Of a DNA stretch of 64,000 nucleotides, positions 47,050 to 63,645 are shown in pieces. Location of the stretch: assembly GCA_000004695.1 (NCBI GenBank), contig CM000153.2:4704001-4768000 (forward strand), given 5' to 3'. Numbering within the stretch: the stretch's first letter is position 1; every line of letters begins with the position of its first letter. Below the pieces are notes generated by a model. It did not search any database, was not told the origin of the DNA, and saw only the letters and a list, made by a program, of their open reading frames with translations. Source of the stretch: Dictyostelium discoideum (Eukaryota). The position numbers and the translations under genes were made by a program.

Positions 47050-47068
47050 TTGTTTCACCGAAACAAAT
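47050..47068. other. Perfect 8-bp-stem hairpin (TTTGTTTC-acc-GAAACAAA) in the intergenic DNA upstream of the PqaA-like gene.
   Basis: Seen directly in the sequence. It is isolated and flanked by oligo(dT). Confidence 0.3.
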
Positions 47069-47623
47069 GGGTTTTTTTTTTTATGATCAGTTCACAATAA
47101 AAACCATAAAAAATAAAATTAAATTAGACAATCTAATTTTTTTTTTATCGGGTTGTACCAAAAAATAAAGAAAATCTTTGAGATAAAAAAAAAAAAAAAA
47201 AATGAAAAAAAAAAAGAAATCTTTAAAGGAGTTAATATTAATTAATTATTGGTTAAAAGTGATTTCATACATTTTAAAATGCTTTTTTTTAAAAATAAAA
47301 ATAATAATATTATAATAAAATCTAATTTTAATGGTTCCTTTTTTTTTTTTTTTTTTTTTTTTAATATTTGCAAGATAACAAACATACGTGAACATTTTGA
47401 TGGATTCTTTTTCTTTTTTTTTTTCTTTTTCTTTTTTTTTTTTTTTTGTAACTAAAGAAATTCCCACCCACAAAAAATATTTTTTTTTTTTTGTAACTAA
47501 AGAAATTCCTTGTGGTTTGAGGGAAAATAAAATTTATTTTTATAACATTTTTTTTATTTATTTATCTATTATTATTTAGTATGTTTTCCTAATAAAACAA
47601 AAAAATTAAAAAATTAAAATTAT

Positions 47624-47960
47624 TTAATTATCATCTGGCATTATATTATTTAAAAATAAATTTATATTGCGATCTTTCTCTTCTTTTGTAAACCATCTTT
47701 TTTCAGTTTCAACTTTTAATTTACTAACAACAGGTTGTTTTCTTTTTTTAGTTATATTTCCATTTGATAAAGATGTTGGAATTGGTAAAGTAGTAATTTT
47801 AGTTCGATATGATATTTTTTTTTTAATTGGGGGTGGTGTTGGATTTTTAATAAAATCTTCATCTAAATAAATTTGACTATCGTATGTATAAACTTCATCA
47901 TCATCATCATCATCATCATAATTACAATCATCATCTTCTTCATCACTATTATTATTATTA

Positions 47961-48016
<56 letters not shown>

Positions 48017-48367
48017 TTCATTATTTTCATTATTCTTATTATTATGTATTCTTTTTCGTTTTCTTATTTTTTCAGATTCAGTTTGTAATTCAACTAGATG
48101 CTTAAATTCCCTTAATTCAATTTTATTTTTTATTACTTTTTCATAATTATCTGCTTTTGATTTAAAAATAATAAGATCTATATTCTTTAAACAAGGTCCA
48201 TATTGAAGTAATAACTTATAAAATGAAAATATTAACCAATCTGGTATAATATCACCTCCATGTTCTAAATGAGCATCATAAAGTATCTTTAAATAATATT
48301 GAGTTTTTGAATAAACTTTTTCTGCAAAATAAAATTTTCTCTCTTCTTCATCTTCATCATAATATAA

Positions 48368-48436
<69 letters not shown>

Positions 48437-49690
48437 AATATCATCATCATTATTATTATTTAATAATGGATGATAAAATGGATATCTTGGATCATTTACT
48501 GAAGGTTTTAAAGATTGAATTGAGTTTATCATTTTTCTTAAATATTCTTTGTTTAAAATATTTGTGTTTAAAATATGTTTTAAATTTTCAATGAGAATTA
48601 AAGGATTATCTAAAAAAAGTTCTAAATGTTTTGAAAGAATATAATCTACATGATTTGGAGTATAAGTAATGACTAAATTTTTAATATCTTTTGGTAATTC
48701 TATACAGTAGTAACTTGATAAATCTTTATGTTTCATATAGTTGACAATTAAATCAGCAGTTTCAATAGTATCAGAATTTATTGATAAATTCTTTTTTCTT
48801 TTTATTGATATATGATTTAAATGAAATCTTAATAACTTATTTGCTTTCTTCTTTTCATTTGTAAATGTAATTTTAACAATATCATTCAACTCTGATCTCC
48901 TCAACCAAAATAAAACTTCTGCTGGTTTTCTATATTTTCTTTTAATTTTATTATTATTGTTATTATTATTATTATTATTATTACGATCTGAAGGTTTATA
49001 ATATAAATTTTGAATTTCATCATGAATATTGAATTCTTGAATTTTATCAATTTTATTTTTATTACCAATTGAACTTTCTTTGATTGTTTTATATGATAGT
49101 TTTGGATATATTTGATATAATTCACTATTTATTTTCATTGAATCCCAAAGTTTTTCACTATTATTATAGTTATCTAAATCATCTTCATCTTCATCTTCAT
49201 TATTATTATTATTATTATTATCATCTGAAAATAAATGTTGAATATCATCTTCAATCATATTATCAAATTCACAAGTATCATAAACTTTATGAATGTATTC
49301 ATTGAAATCTCCATTATACATTTTCTCTTTTTCGTTATAATCTATTGTACATTGTAATGTACCAACAAATAATTTTAAACCAATCCTATTTGAGAGTTCT
49401 GCAAGTTTATCTAAATTTTTTGAAAGTGATTCATGTCCATTTTTTAATTTAAAAAAACTTGCTATTATTTTCTTTCTACTATTATTATTATCATCTTGAG
49501 CATTATGATTTTCGTTGTGGTCATTATTTTGATTATTTAATTTTGATGAAAATAATGAGTTAAAAGATTGTATTAAATCATCAAAATCATCTTGTTGGTA
49601 TTCTTTATCAAAACCATCATCATCTTGATTAAGTAATTTAACCAAATTACAAATTTGATTTATAATTTTTTTAAATTCTTTATTTACCAT
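47624..49690 (-). CDS. Hypothetical 688-aa protein with poly-Asn tracts. No confident family assignment.
   Basis: ATG at 49690, MVNKEFKKIINQICNLVKLLNQ... It is a single continuous ORF. Two ordinary-composition regions (RKPAEVLFWLRRSELNDIVKITF... and FYFAEKVYSKTQYYLKILYDAHLEHGGDIIPDWLIFSFYKLLLQYGP) suggest folded domains. Confidence 0.55.
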
Positions 49691-49743
49691 TATTCTATTT
49701 GAGGTGAAGATATGAAAAAAAAAAAAATAAAGGGAAAATGAAA

Positions 49744-49776
<33 letters not shown>

Positions 49777-50200
49777 CGGGAGATTTTTTTTTTTTTTTTT
49801 TTTTTGTTTTATTATTTTATTATTCCAGAAAAAAATAATCAATAAACCAATCTATTTTGAAATAGATTTTCCAATTATTTTGGATTTTTTTTATTTTCAT
49901 ATGATGCATTTATTTTTATAAAAAATAAAAAAAAAAAAAAAATAAAAAAAAAGAAAACACCGAGAAATTAAAAAGGAATAAGAAAAAAAAAAAAAAAAAA
50001 AAAATTAATATCCCTTCAATTCAAGGCCCAGTAAAAAAACCAAAATAAAATGAGAACAAATATCTCGTGGAGAAGCAACTAAAAATTGCATTATCCAATT
50101 TTAAAATAAAAAAGATATTATCAAAGACCTAAATAGATAATCTAGAATATAACATTACAATTTTTTTTTTTTTTTTTTTATTTTTTTTTTTTTAATTTTT

Positions 50201-51472
50201 TTAAAAAGCATCTTCAAGTCTAAAAGCTTCTTCTGAACCCAATGATTTTCTACCAAAAAATTCCTCACCGCTATCTGATGATAAATATGTATTTTGTTTA
50301 TTTTTAAAATTATAAGTTCCATCAGCATTTAAAATATAAGTAAATATACATTCATCTTGAGCACTACCACCATAAAATCCATAATATTTATTTGTAAAAA
50401 AACGAGGATCTTTTTTTAAACATATAGATTTACCATAGAAATCCCGAATATTAAGTGTACCATCTCCTCTATCAATAAATCTTAGTCTTTGTTCTGTTCC
50501 TCTTGTATTATGTAAAAATTTTAATTCTTCTTTTTCTTTTGAAGTAGCCATTTTAAGCCTTTCTTTTGAAATAATATATTTTGGAGAATCATAAAATGGT
50601 GGTGGAGTGGGAGCTGGAGTTTGAGTTGGAGCTGAGGTTGGGGTTGGTGTTTCTGTTGGTGTTGGTGTTTCTGTTGGTGTTTCTGTTGGTGTTTCTGTTG
50701 GTGTTGGTGTTTCAGTAGGTGTTGGTGTTTCTGTTGGGGTTTCTGTTGGGGTTTCTGTTGGGGTTTCTGTTGGGGTTTCTGTTGGAGTTTCCGTTGGTGT
50801 TGGCGTTGTTGTTTCAGTTGGTGTTTCAGTTGGGGTTTCAGTCGGTGTTGGTGTTGGTGTTTCAGTTGGTGTTTCAGTTGGTGTTTCAGTTGGTGTTTCA
50901 GTTGGAGTTGGCGTTTCAGTTGGAGTTGGCGTTTCAGTTGGAGTTGGCGTTTCAGTTGGAGTTGGTGTTTCTGTTTCAGTTGGAGTTGGTGTTGGTGATT
51001 CTTCAGGAGTTGACGAAGGGTTTTGTGAAGATTCAGAAGATCCCAATGATTGCGAAGATTCAGAAGATGTCAATGATTGAGAATTTTCAGAAGATTCCAA
51101 TGGTTGCAAAGATTCAGAAAATTCAGATATTGAAGAACTTGATGTTTGATTTAATTCTGGATTTTTTATTGATAAATCGGGTCCATTTAAAATTGAGTGT
51201 GAAAATAAATTATCACTTTGACTTGTTGAATTGTAATGAAAAATTAACCGATTTACAACCAATGATGCCATAAATAGTAAACTGAAAATAATAAATACAT
51301 GAATTATTTTAAATTTGGAATTATAGAAATTGAGAAAATAAATTAATGTATAAGGCCTTGAAGGTTTTTTAATTGATTTTTTTGGAAATTGAGATATTTT
51401 ATCATCTTGGCTAATTATTATATTATTTCCAAAGTCAATATTTATGGATATACTATTTAAATCATTGTTAAA

Positions 51473-51552
<80 letters not shown>

Positions 51553-51574
51553 CTTTTATTTCCAAATTTTTCAT
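50201..51574 (-). CDS. Type-II membrane protein with an N-terminal poly-Asn region, a TM segment, a Ser-rich region, an (E)TPTPT-repeat stalk and a C-terminal ~130-aa beta-trefoil/fascin-like domain. It is a paralogue of the neighbouring receptor-like kinase.
   Basis: ATG at 51574. The TM is [19 protein letters not shown]. The PT stalk is encoded by an 18-bp-period repeat on the plus strand at about 50600-51000. The C-terminal domain is ...[31 protein letters not shown]...[51 protein letters not shown]. Confidence 0.6.
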
Positions 51575-52005
51575 TACTTAAATTTTAAAAATTGAATTAA
51601 ATCAAAAACACATATCTCTTAAATTTAAAAATAAAAAAAAAAAATTTACCAAGGATCTTTCGTTTTTTACTTTTTTTATTTTTTTATTTTTTATATTTTT
51701 TTTATTTTTTTTTTCAAAAAAAAGTGAGTAAATTTAAACGTCAAAAAACTTAAAATTTATATGGAAGTTTTTTTTCAAAAACTAAGCGGTACTGGTAATG
51801 ATTTAAAAAAAAAGACATAAAAAAAATACGAATCACAAAAAAAAAAAAAAAAAAATTACAACAGTGTTTAATATAAAATAACAAAAATAATTATATTTTT
51901 TTTTTTTAAAAAATAAGATTTAATTATTTTATTAATTAATTTGTTTATATTTTTGTTTGTTTAAATTTTGAGTTAAAAAAAAAATAATGTTGTTGTGGTT
52001 TTGAG

Positions 52006-52043
<38 letters not shown>

Positions 52044-52047
52044 AATC

Positions 52048-54163
52048 TTAGTTTGGACCCAAAGAGTGGCTAAAATAAATAAAAAATTGTGATTGTGATC
52101 CTAATCCACCAGGTTTAGTAGAGATAAATCTTGTAGTTTCATCTGATTGTATATATTGATCATTTGGACTTCTAAATGAGTAAAGATTTGCTTGTTTATC
52201 TATATTAAATTGTGTTATTAGGTTGAAAGTACAATCTCTTCCATCTTTATTAGCATTTAACCTTCCTTTTAATTTTTCTGAAAAATGATAATGTTCACCA
52301 GACAAACAAATATACATTCCACCCTTTTCTCTAATTGAAAAAGTTTGTTCTGCATTACCATCATATTCTAAAACCATTGATTGATCTCTTCCTTTTTTAT
52401 CAATAAATTCCAAATCTTGACTATTTAAAACTGTTAAGCATTGATCTATCTTTTGAGAGCAAATAAAAACTGGTGTATTAAAAAATGGATTTATAGTTGG
52501 TTTTGGTGTTTCGGTAACCGGTGGTTCAGTAATAGGTGGATCAGTTACTGGTGGATCAGTTATTGGTGGATCAGTTATTGGTGGATCAGTTACTGGTGGA
52601 TCTGTAGTTGATGAGTCTGTTGGTTGTAAATCATTTGAATTTGAGGAATAATTTATTTCTGAGGATTGTGATTCAGATGATGATGATGATTCAGATGATG
52701 ATGATTCAGATGATGATGATTCAGATGATGATTCAGATGATGACGATGATTCATATGATGATTGTGAACCTTCACTATATTGATTATAATCTGAAGATTG
52801 AGTTGGTGAAGGTTTTTTTATTGGATTTGATTCTGGTGTTATTGACAAAAATATATTATCTCTTTGAATGATTGAAAATTTAGTTTGTACATGTCGATTT
52901 AAATTTACCAATATTGTCATTAAAAATAATAAAATTAAAAAAAGATAAATTATTTTAAATTTTGAATTTAAATGACTTAATTTTGAAATTCCTGTATATT
53001 TTTCATGTAAAGTGATTGTTTTAATTGGATATTGGTTTTCATATGTACTTTGAATTAAATATAAATTTTCAAACCTAATTTCATTAATACTACAAGTACT
53101 ATTACTTCCAATACTTTCAGTATTGTGTATTTCAATGTATGAATCTCTTTCATTCTCTTTTAAAAAATCGAAATATTCTTTATTGTCATTATAAAATTGT
53201 TCATTTTCGTCATTGAAGAATGGATGTTTAATTAATTGATGTGATTTTATTCTTTTTGAAGGTTCGGTTTGAAAACAAAGATTTAAAATCTCTGTAAATA
53301 GTGAATTCACTGGGAAAACCGGTATATTATTGGGTCTTTGTAAACAAAGTTGATTTAAACCCCATTTCATTTCAACAATAATACAACCTAAACTCCATAT
53401 ATCTAAACTTGAATTACTACCTTTATTATTTAATAATATTTCTGGTGCCATATATAATGTGGTTCCAACTGATGATATAGTTTGTAATTTTACAGTTTTA
53501 TTTATAATATTTTCATTAATTGCTTTTGATAATCCAAAATCAATTAATTTTAAATTAATTTTATTATTTTGATTTTGATTTTGATTTTGATTTTGAAACA
53601 TAATATTCTCTGGTTTTAAATCTCTATGCATTATACCTTTATCATTTAAATAAACTAATGCTTTTAATAATTCTTTTATAATTTCTTTGATTTCAATATC
53701 TGAGAATTTTTTATTTTCTATTATCGATTTCATTGATTCACCTTCAATGAATTCCATAATAATATATGCATATGTTTTTGAATTATTAAATTCTAAAGAA
53801 TAGTATTTTACAAATTTTGGATCATTTAATTTTTTTAAATAATCAACTTCTTTCATTGTCTTTTTTTTTTTTATTAAAAAAATTAATTTACCATTTTTAT
53901 TAAAAGTGTTTAGAAAATAAAATTAAAATGAATGAAAATAAAAATAAAATAAAACTTACAAATTTACAATATTGAATAACTTTTATTGCACATACAAAAT
54001 TTGGATCTAATTTTTTATGTGCTTTATAAACTTGACCAAATGAACCTTTTGAAAGTTGCCTTTCTATAACCCAATTCGATTTTATATAATACAAAGGATC
54101 TTCTGCCATATTGTAGTTATTATGTTTTTTATTTTTAACCCAATCATTATATTTGTCGGTCAT
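52048..54163 (-). CDS. Receptor-like Ser/Thr protein kinase with an N-terminal cytoplasmic kinase domain, a TM segment, a Ser-rich region, a (TDPP[IV])n stalk and a C-terminal beta-trefoil-like domain. Two exons: 54163..~53960 and 53859..52048.
   Basis: Exon 1 runs from ATG 54163: MTDKYNDW...IERQLSKGSFGQVYKAHKKLDPNFVCAIKVIQYCKF, carrying the Gly loop and VAIK lysine. It ends on a GTAAGT donor. The acceptor is a(10)g at 53860. Exon 2 is TMKEVDYLKKLNDPKFVKYY...IMHRDLKPENIMF...KLIDFGLSK...TLYMAPE..., then the TM IIYLFLILLFLMTILVNL, then ...ICLSGEHYHF...DCTFNLITQFNIDKQANLYSFRSPNDQYIQSDE. Confidence 0.75.
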
Positions 54164-54499
54164 CCCTTATTTTTTTTTTTTTTTTTTTTTGCAAAGTAAG
54201 TCTTTTTTTTTTATTATTATTATTTTTAAGATTTTTTTGTTAATTTTTTGAGTGATTGGAAAAAAAAAAAAAAATCAAAAAAAGAAAAAAATAAAAAAAA
54301 AAAAAAAAAATATTAAAAACCATCGTTTCGTTTTCGAAAATTTTTGATAACTATAAAATTAATTTTTTGTTTTTTTTAAATTTTAAAATTATTTTGGTTG
54401 GTCATTAGAAAATGGTGAATAATTATTACACTAAATAAAAGTAATATTTAGTTTTTTAATTTATATATCTATTTTCTTTTTTTTTTTTTTTTTTTCCTA

Positions 54500-54538
<39 letters not shown>

Positions 54539-54840
54539 CATTTAAAAAATTAATTATTATTAATCATTTTTTCAAATAAAAATAGCACCCCCCCCCCCCA
54601 ATGAAGATCACGACAGTGTTTTAATTTTTTATTATTATTTTTTTATTTTTTTTTTTAATTTTTTTTTATTTTTTTTTTTTTTGTTTGGTGGTAAATTTTT
54701 TTATTTTTATTTTTTTTATTTTTATTTTTATATTTAATAAACTAAAAAAAATAAAATAATAACAGTAATAATAATAATATTAATAATAATAGTAATAAAA
54801 ACTAATAATAATAATAATAATAATAATTTAATAAAAAATA
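54164..54840. promoter_or_regulatory. Divergent intergenic region between the kinase gene (minus) and a small plus-strand gene.
   Basis: It lies between divergent ATGs at 54163 and 54841. It has long T and A tracts and a C(10) run at about 54589-54598. Confidence 0.35.
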
Positions 54841-55279
54841 ATGCATAAATTAATTATTTATTGTACTCCAGAACACTCTGAAAATTTAAAAAAAGAATTA
54901 TTTGAAAGATTCATTGGTAAAACTCATACTTATGAACATGTTGTTATTCAAAGTAAAGTTACTCAATACTTTAAGTATGGAATAATATTTTATATTCAAT
55001 TAAATAATTTTTCAATTTAATTAATTAATTAACAAAAAAAATTAATAATAATACTAACGAAAATAATAAAAATAATAATTATAAATATAATATTAAAAAA
55101 GATTATCAGTTTTAAAAGATCAGAGTATAGAACTTGATAAACTAGAATTTTATGTTTCTGATGAAAGTAATCGTATTTTTAATGCTTTGGAATATTTGAA
55201 GGAAAATTTACCAAATGAACATTGTTCATTTGAATCTTATCATTTAGGAAATAATGGTTATATAGGTTTTAATAAATAA
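54841..55279 (+). CDS. Small two-exon gene for a ~103-aa protein. Exons 54841..54974 and 55102..55279.
   Basis: Exon 1 is MHKLIIYCTPEHSENLKKELFERFIGKTHTYEHVVIQSKVTQYF, ending in phase 2 on a GTATGG donor at 54975. The acceptor is aaaaaag at 55101. Exon 2 is KLSVLKDQSIELDKLEFYVSDESNRIFNALEYLKENLPNEHCSFESYHLGNNGYIGFNK to a stop. It is not in the track because each exon is under 60 codons. Confidence 0.45.
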
Positions 55280-55467
55280 AATAGTATTTCTTTGGATTTT
55301 TAAAACAATTAAAACAATTAAATAAATTTAAAAAAAAAAAAAAGAAAAAAGAAAAAAAAAAAAAACAAATAATGTTTAGAAAAAAAAAAAAAAATAGGGT
55401 TTCTTTTTTTTTTTTTTTTATAATAATTATTATTTAATAACTATTATTTATTTAACCTTATGTTTTT

Positions 55468-55983
55468 TTAAAGTGTTATAACAGATAATAATAAAGAAAG
55501 AATTAAAGCGAAAGGAATGACAATTGTTGAACTTGTTCCAGTGGTTGTAAAGGCAGCAGTGGTGGAAGCAGTGGTGACAGCAGCAGTGGTGGCAGCAGTG
55601 GTGACAGCAGCAGTGGTGGCAGCAGTGGTGACAGCAGCAGTTGTGGCACCTGCATCTGGAGCACAATCAATTGAAAAAACTCCAACTGTAACTGGAGTAC
55701 CACAAGTTAATGTTTGTTGACCGGCTGAATTTTTACATTGATCTGTTGCTTGGTACCCATTTATATCGTATTTATTAGTTTCACCAGATACTGCGGCAAT
55801 ATTTATATTACCTTGACCACAAACATCAATACACTTGGTTCCAACATCAGTTTGTGGAACTGAAATACTGCATGGATTTTTTGGATCTGCCGATGTGATT
55901 TTGAAACCAGAATATGTAGTTTCAGAATTTGTTAATGCAAAAATTGTAAAAACAAAGATTATTAATGCTGGAATGAATTTCAT
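55468..55983 (-). CDS. Small GPI-anchored, Cys-rich cell-surface protein of the ponticulin-like type.
   Basis: ATG at 55983. The signal peptide is MKFIPALIIFVFTIFALTNS. A ~90-aa domain carries 8 Cys. A Thr/Ala-rich stalk (TTAAVTTAATTAAV...) follows, then a C-terminal hydrophobic GPI-attachment signal TIVIPFALILSLLLSVITL. Size and architecture fit ponticulin-family proteins as I recall them. Confidence 0.5.
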   Translation of the reverse strand: MKFIPALIIFVFTIFALTNSETTYSGFKITSADPKNPCSISVPQTDVGTKCIDVCGQGNINIAAVSGETNKYDINGYQATDQCKNSAGQQTLTCGTPVTVGVFSIDCAPDAGATTAAVTTAATTAAVTTAATTAAVTTASTTAAFTTTGTSSTIVIPFALILSLLLSVITL

Positions 55984-56134
55984 TTTTTTTTTTTTTTTTT
56001 TTTTTTTTGGAAAATTATTAATTATTTGTTTTGTTTTAATTTTTTTTTTTTTTTTTTTTAATTGTATTTTCTGAAAAATATTGAAATTGAGAAAAAAAAA
56101 TTGTGTTTAAAAAACATTTTAAAGATTCAAGTTA

Positions 56135-56171
<37 letters not shown>

Positions 56172-56651
56172 AAATCTAATCTCATGGAATTTTTTAGAAA
56201 ATAAACAAGTTAAAATAAATATAAAATTAAAAATAAAAAATAAAAATAAAATTAAAAATTAAAATTAAAATAAAAAATTAAAAATGTAAAAAAAGATAAA
56301 AATAATTTTTTTTTTTTTTTTTTTCTATTTTTTTTTTTTTTTTTTTTTCTGTTTTTTTTTTTTTTTTTTTTTGTACTATTGAACTTTAGAAATTTTTTTT
56401 AAATTAATTTTTTTTTTTTCAATTTTAACTTAAATTTAAATTTAAGTGGAAAATAAAAAAAAAAAATATCGTTTATTTTTTATTCCAAACACAAAAAAAA
56501 AAAAAAAAAAAAAAAAATTCTTAATGGTGATAATGAATATTTAAAAACATAAAAATAAATGAGTTTTTGAAAATCAATAATTTTCACCATTTTTTTTTTT
56601 TAATTTTTTTTTTTTTTAATGATTACTCACAAAACCAAAATTGTTGCATAA
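55984..56651. promoter_or_regulatory. Divergent intergenic region between the ponticulin-like gene (minus) and the INTS4-like gene (plus).
   Basis: It lies between ATGs at 55983 and 56652 and has A(30+) and T(25+) tracts. Confidence 0.35.
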
Positions 56652-60568
<3,917 letters not shown>

Positions 60569-60608
60569 AAATAAAAAATAAAAATAATAATAATTAAACA
60601 CAAATAAT

Positions 60609-60950
60609 TTAATCTATTTTTGTTTTTTCTTCTTCATTTTCATTTTCATTACCTTTATCTTTTTCTTGATTTAATGGTATTCCTGTTTGTTTTTTTAATA
60701 TTTTAATTGATCTTTTAAAATCATTATAAAGTATATCTTTTTGTTGAGAAAATGTTAAATGAATTTCACTAATTTTCTTTTTTAATTGGTCAATTTGATC
60801 TTGTTGAGATGTAATTTCCTTATTATATTTCTCATGCAACTCTTTTTCTTTTTCCAATAATTGATTGGTTCTCTTTATAATTTCGTCAAAAAATCCACTT
60901 TCTTTATTAGTTGATTGTTTTGTTTCTTGTTGTGGTGTTTCTTTTTCCAT
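60609..60950 (-). CDS. Small (114-aa) coiled-coil protein of unknown function.
   Basis: ATG at 60950, MEKETPQQETKQSTNKESGFFDEIIKRTNQLLEKEKELHEKYNKEITSQQDQIDQLKKKISEIHLTFSQQKDILYNDFKRSIKILKK... It has a heptad-like pattern. Many BLOC-1/BORC-type small subunits look like this, but no specific match is claimed. Confidence 0.45.
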   Translation of the reverse strand: MEKETPQQETKQSTNKESGFFDEIIKRTNQLLEKEKELHEKYNKEITSQQDQIDQLKKKISEIHLTFSQQKDILYNDFKRSIKILKKQTGIPLNQEKDKGNENENEEEKTKID

Positions 60951-61266
60951 TTTATTATATTTGTTAATATTTGAATTAAAAAAAAAAAAAAAAAAAATTC
61001 CAATATTTATAATTTCCATAAATTGTAAATTTAATGTATTTAACTTCGAATGTTTATTAAATTTTAATAATTAAAAGAAAAAATAATAATAAAAAAAAGA
61101 AGTAGATCAAATTTAAATTAATTTCAAAAAAGAAATCTATTGTTTTTTTCATTATCTGAATTTTTTAAATCTATTGTTTTTTTTTTTTTTTTTTTTTTTT
61201 ACAACAATTAAATAATAATAATATTTATTTTTAATAAGTGTTATATTTATATAATTATTATTAATT

Positions 61267-61815
61267 TTAATTAAATAATCTTAATGGTGGATTTGTTTTT
61301 GTACGAGATAAAACCATTTCCATAATCATTTTATTGTGAGAGACGTTTAAATCGAACTTTTCACCCTCTTTAACTATTACGCCATTAATTGAATTTACTT
61401 CGGTAGGTTGACCTCTGAGTATATCTTGTAACATACTTGAATAGTTAGCAGAAGTTTTCAAGACAATATCAGCAACATATTTAAATGCTTCATCTGAATC
61501 CTCTCCATATGGTAATGATATATTTTTTGCTTTACAAACACTTAATGCTTCAATGATAATTTTTTTCATTAAATTCTTGGAGTATTCATTCTCTAATAAT
61601 TGACCATTTGATACACCTAAAACTGCTGATAAAGGATTAATGGCAGCATTAGCCACCACTTTATTCCAAACCAAACCCTCTAAATCATCAGAGATATCAC
61701 TTGAAATTCCAGATTCATTTAAAATATCACAAAATGCTTTCAATGCTAAAATCTCTTCACGAGTGGAAGGTGGTGGAAATTGTGATAACAATTGCTGTTG
61801 TTGTAGTTGTTGTTG

Positions 61816-61848
<33 letters not shown>

Positions 61849-63611
61849 TAAATAAGGTGATGATAAAAATGTTGAACCAATACCAGTTTGTTTAACTGAG
61901 CCAGGAGATACTACAATTGCACCATTACTAGTTACACCTTGCCAAACATGGTTTTTCAAACCTTTATCAATATTAATTATACTTTCGAGTTCTTCACGAT
62001 TTCCAATACCATTTTGTAAAGTTAATACAGCAGCTTTAGGATTTCCACCAACCAATGTAGCGGCAGTTAATGCAGCTTGTTTAGTTGAGTTACTCTTTAC
62101 CAAAACCAATGCTAAATCTGGTGAAATACCATCTTTTAATACTTGCATTCCATCCAAGGTTGCTTTAATACCTTTAATATTCTCTTCTTTACCTTGAGGA
62201 TTAAAAAATTTCATTCCATTCTTATTGATACTTTCGACATGTTCTTTCCAAGCTGAAACCATCCAAACATCAGCAATACCTTTTGAAGCCAATTTTGCAC
62301 TAAAAAGACTTCCCATTGCACCTGCTCCAATCACAACGATCTTTGGTTTCCTTGAACCATTCAATGTCATTTTATTTGGTAAAATATTATTTTTAATTTC
62401 ATTATTAATTAATTTTGTTGAAATCTCTTCTGTTATTGGTGGTGTTGGTGTTAATTTGATTTTATCTTTTTCATTTTCATTTTCTTTAATTTGTGGTGAT
62501 ACTTGTGCCATTGTGGTAGTAGTAGTAGTATTAGGTACTATTACTTGTTGTTGTTGTTGCTGCTGTTGTTGTTGTTTTAATGCTTTATTTTGATTTAAAA
62601 TATTTTTATTTGATGATAAAATTGATGATTTATCAAATAATGAAGTTGATGTTGTATTACTATTTATAATTTTATCTAAAAATGGTGATAATTCAGATTC
62701 TTTCATTGAGAAAGAATGAGTAGGTGATGGAAATTCTCTTGATTCAACTTCATTTTTATAGTTTTTCAAAGATTGATCAATATTTTCTGATAGTGTTGCA
62801 TATTGTTTACAAAATTTAGGGACGAAATCTGAATATAGTCCCAATAGATCATGATAAACTAAAACTTGACCACTTGTACCATTACCAGCACCAATACCAA
62901 TGGTTGGAATCGATAGGGTATTAGTTATGGCCATAGCGGTTGCATGAGGTACCATTTCTAAAACAATAGCAAAACAACCTGCTTCTTGTAATGATTTTGC
63001 GTCCTCTAATAATGATAATGCTTCTTGTTCGGTTTTACCCTGTAATTTAAATCCACCTAGTGAAGTTGAAGTTTGTGGTGTTAGACCAATATGGCCGACA
63101 ACCAATATACCAGTATCACAAATTGCTTTAATCTTTTCAAATTGTTTTTTACCACCTTCCAATTTAATAGCATCAACACCACCTTCCTTTATTAAACGAA
63201 TTGCATTTGAAACCGCATCTTTTGTTGATGTTTCATAACTACCGAATGGCATATCACCAACTACAAATGACCTTTTACTACCTTTCATCACTGATTTACA
63301 ATGATAAATCATTTGTTCCATTGTCACTGATGTTGTACCACTCTCACCATTCATAACCATACCTAATGAATCTCCCACCAGTATCATATCCATTCCTGAT
63401 TTATCAACTATCTTTGAACTTGTAAAATCATATGCTGTAACCATTGAAATTGGTATACCATCTTTATATTTCTTTAAAATATCTAAAACTGTCTTTTTTT
63501 TATTTTCTCCCATTTCCTCTTTAACATGTGTTGAATAATTTAATCTTTGTTGTTGTTGTTGTTGTTGTTGATATTTTCCAAATAATTCATTTTTTTTATT
63601 ATTATAATTAA

Positions 63612-63645
<34 letters not shown>

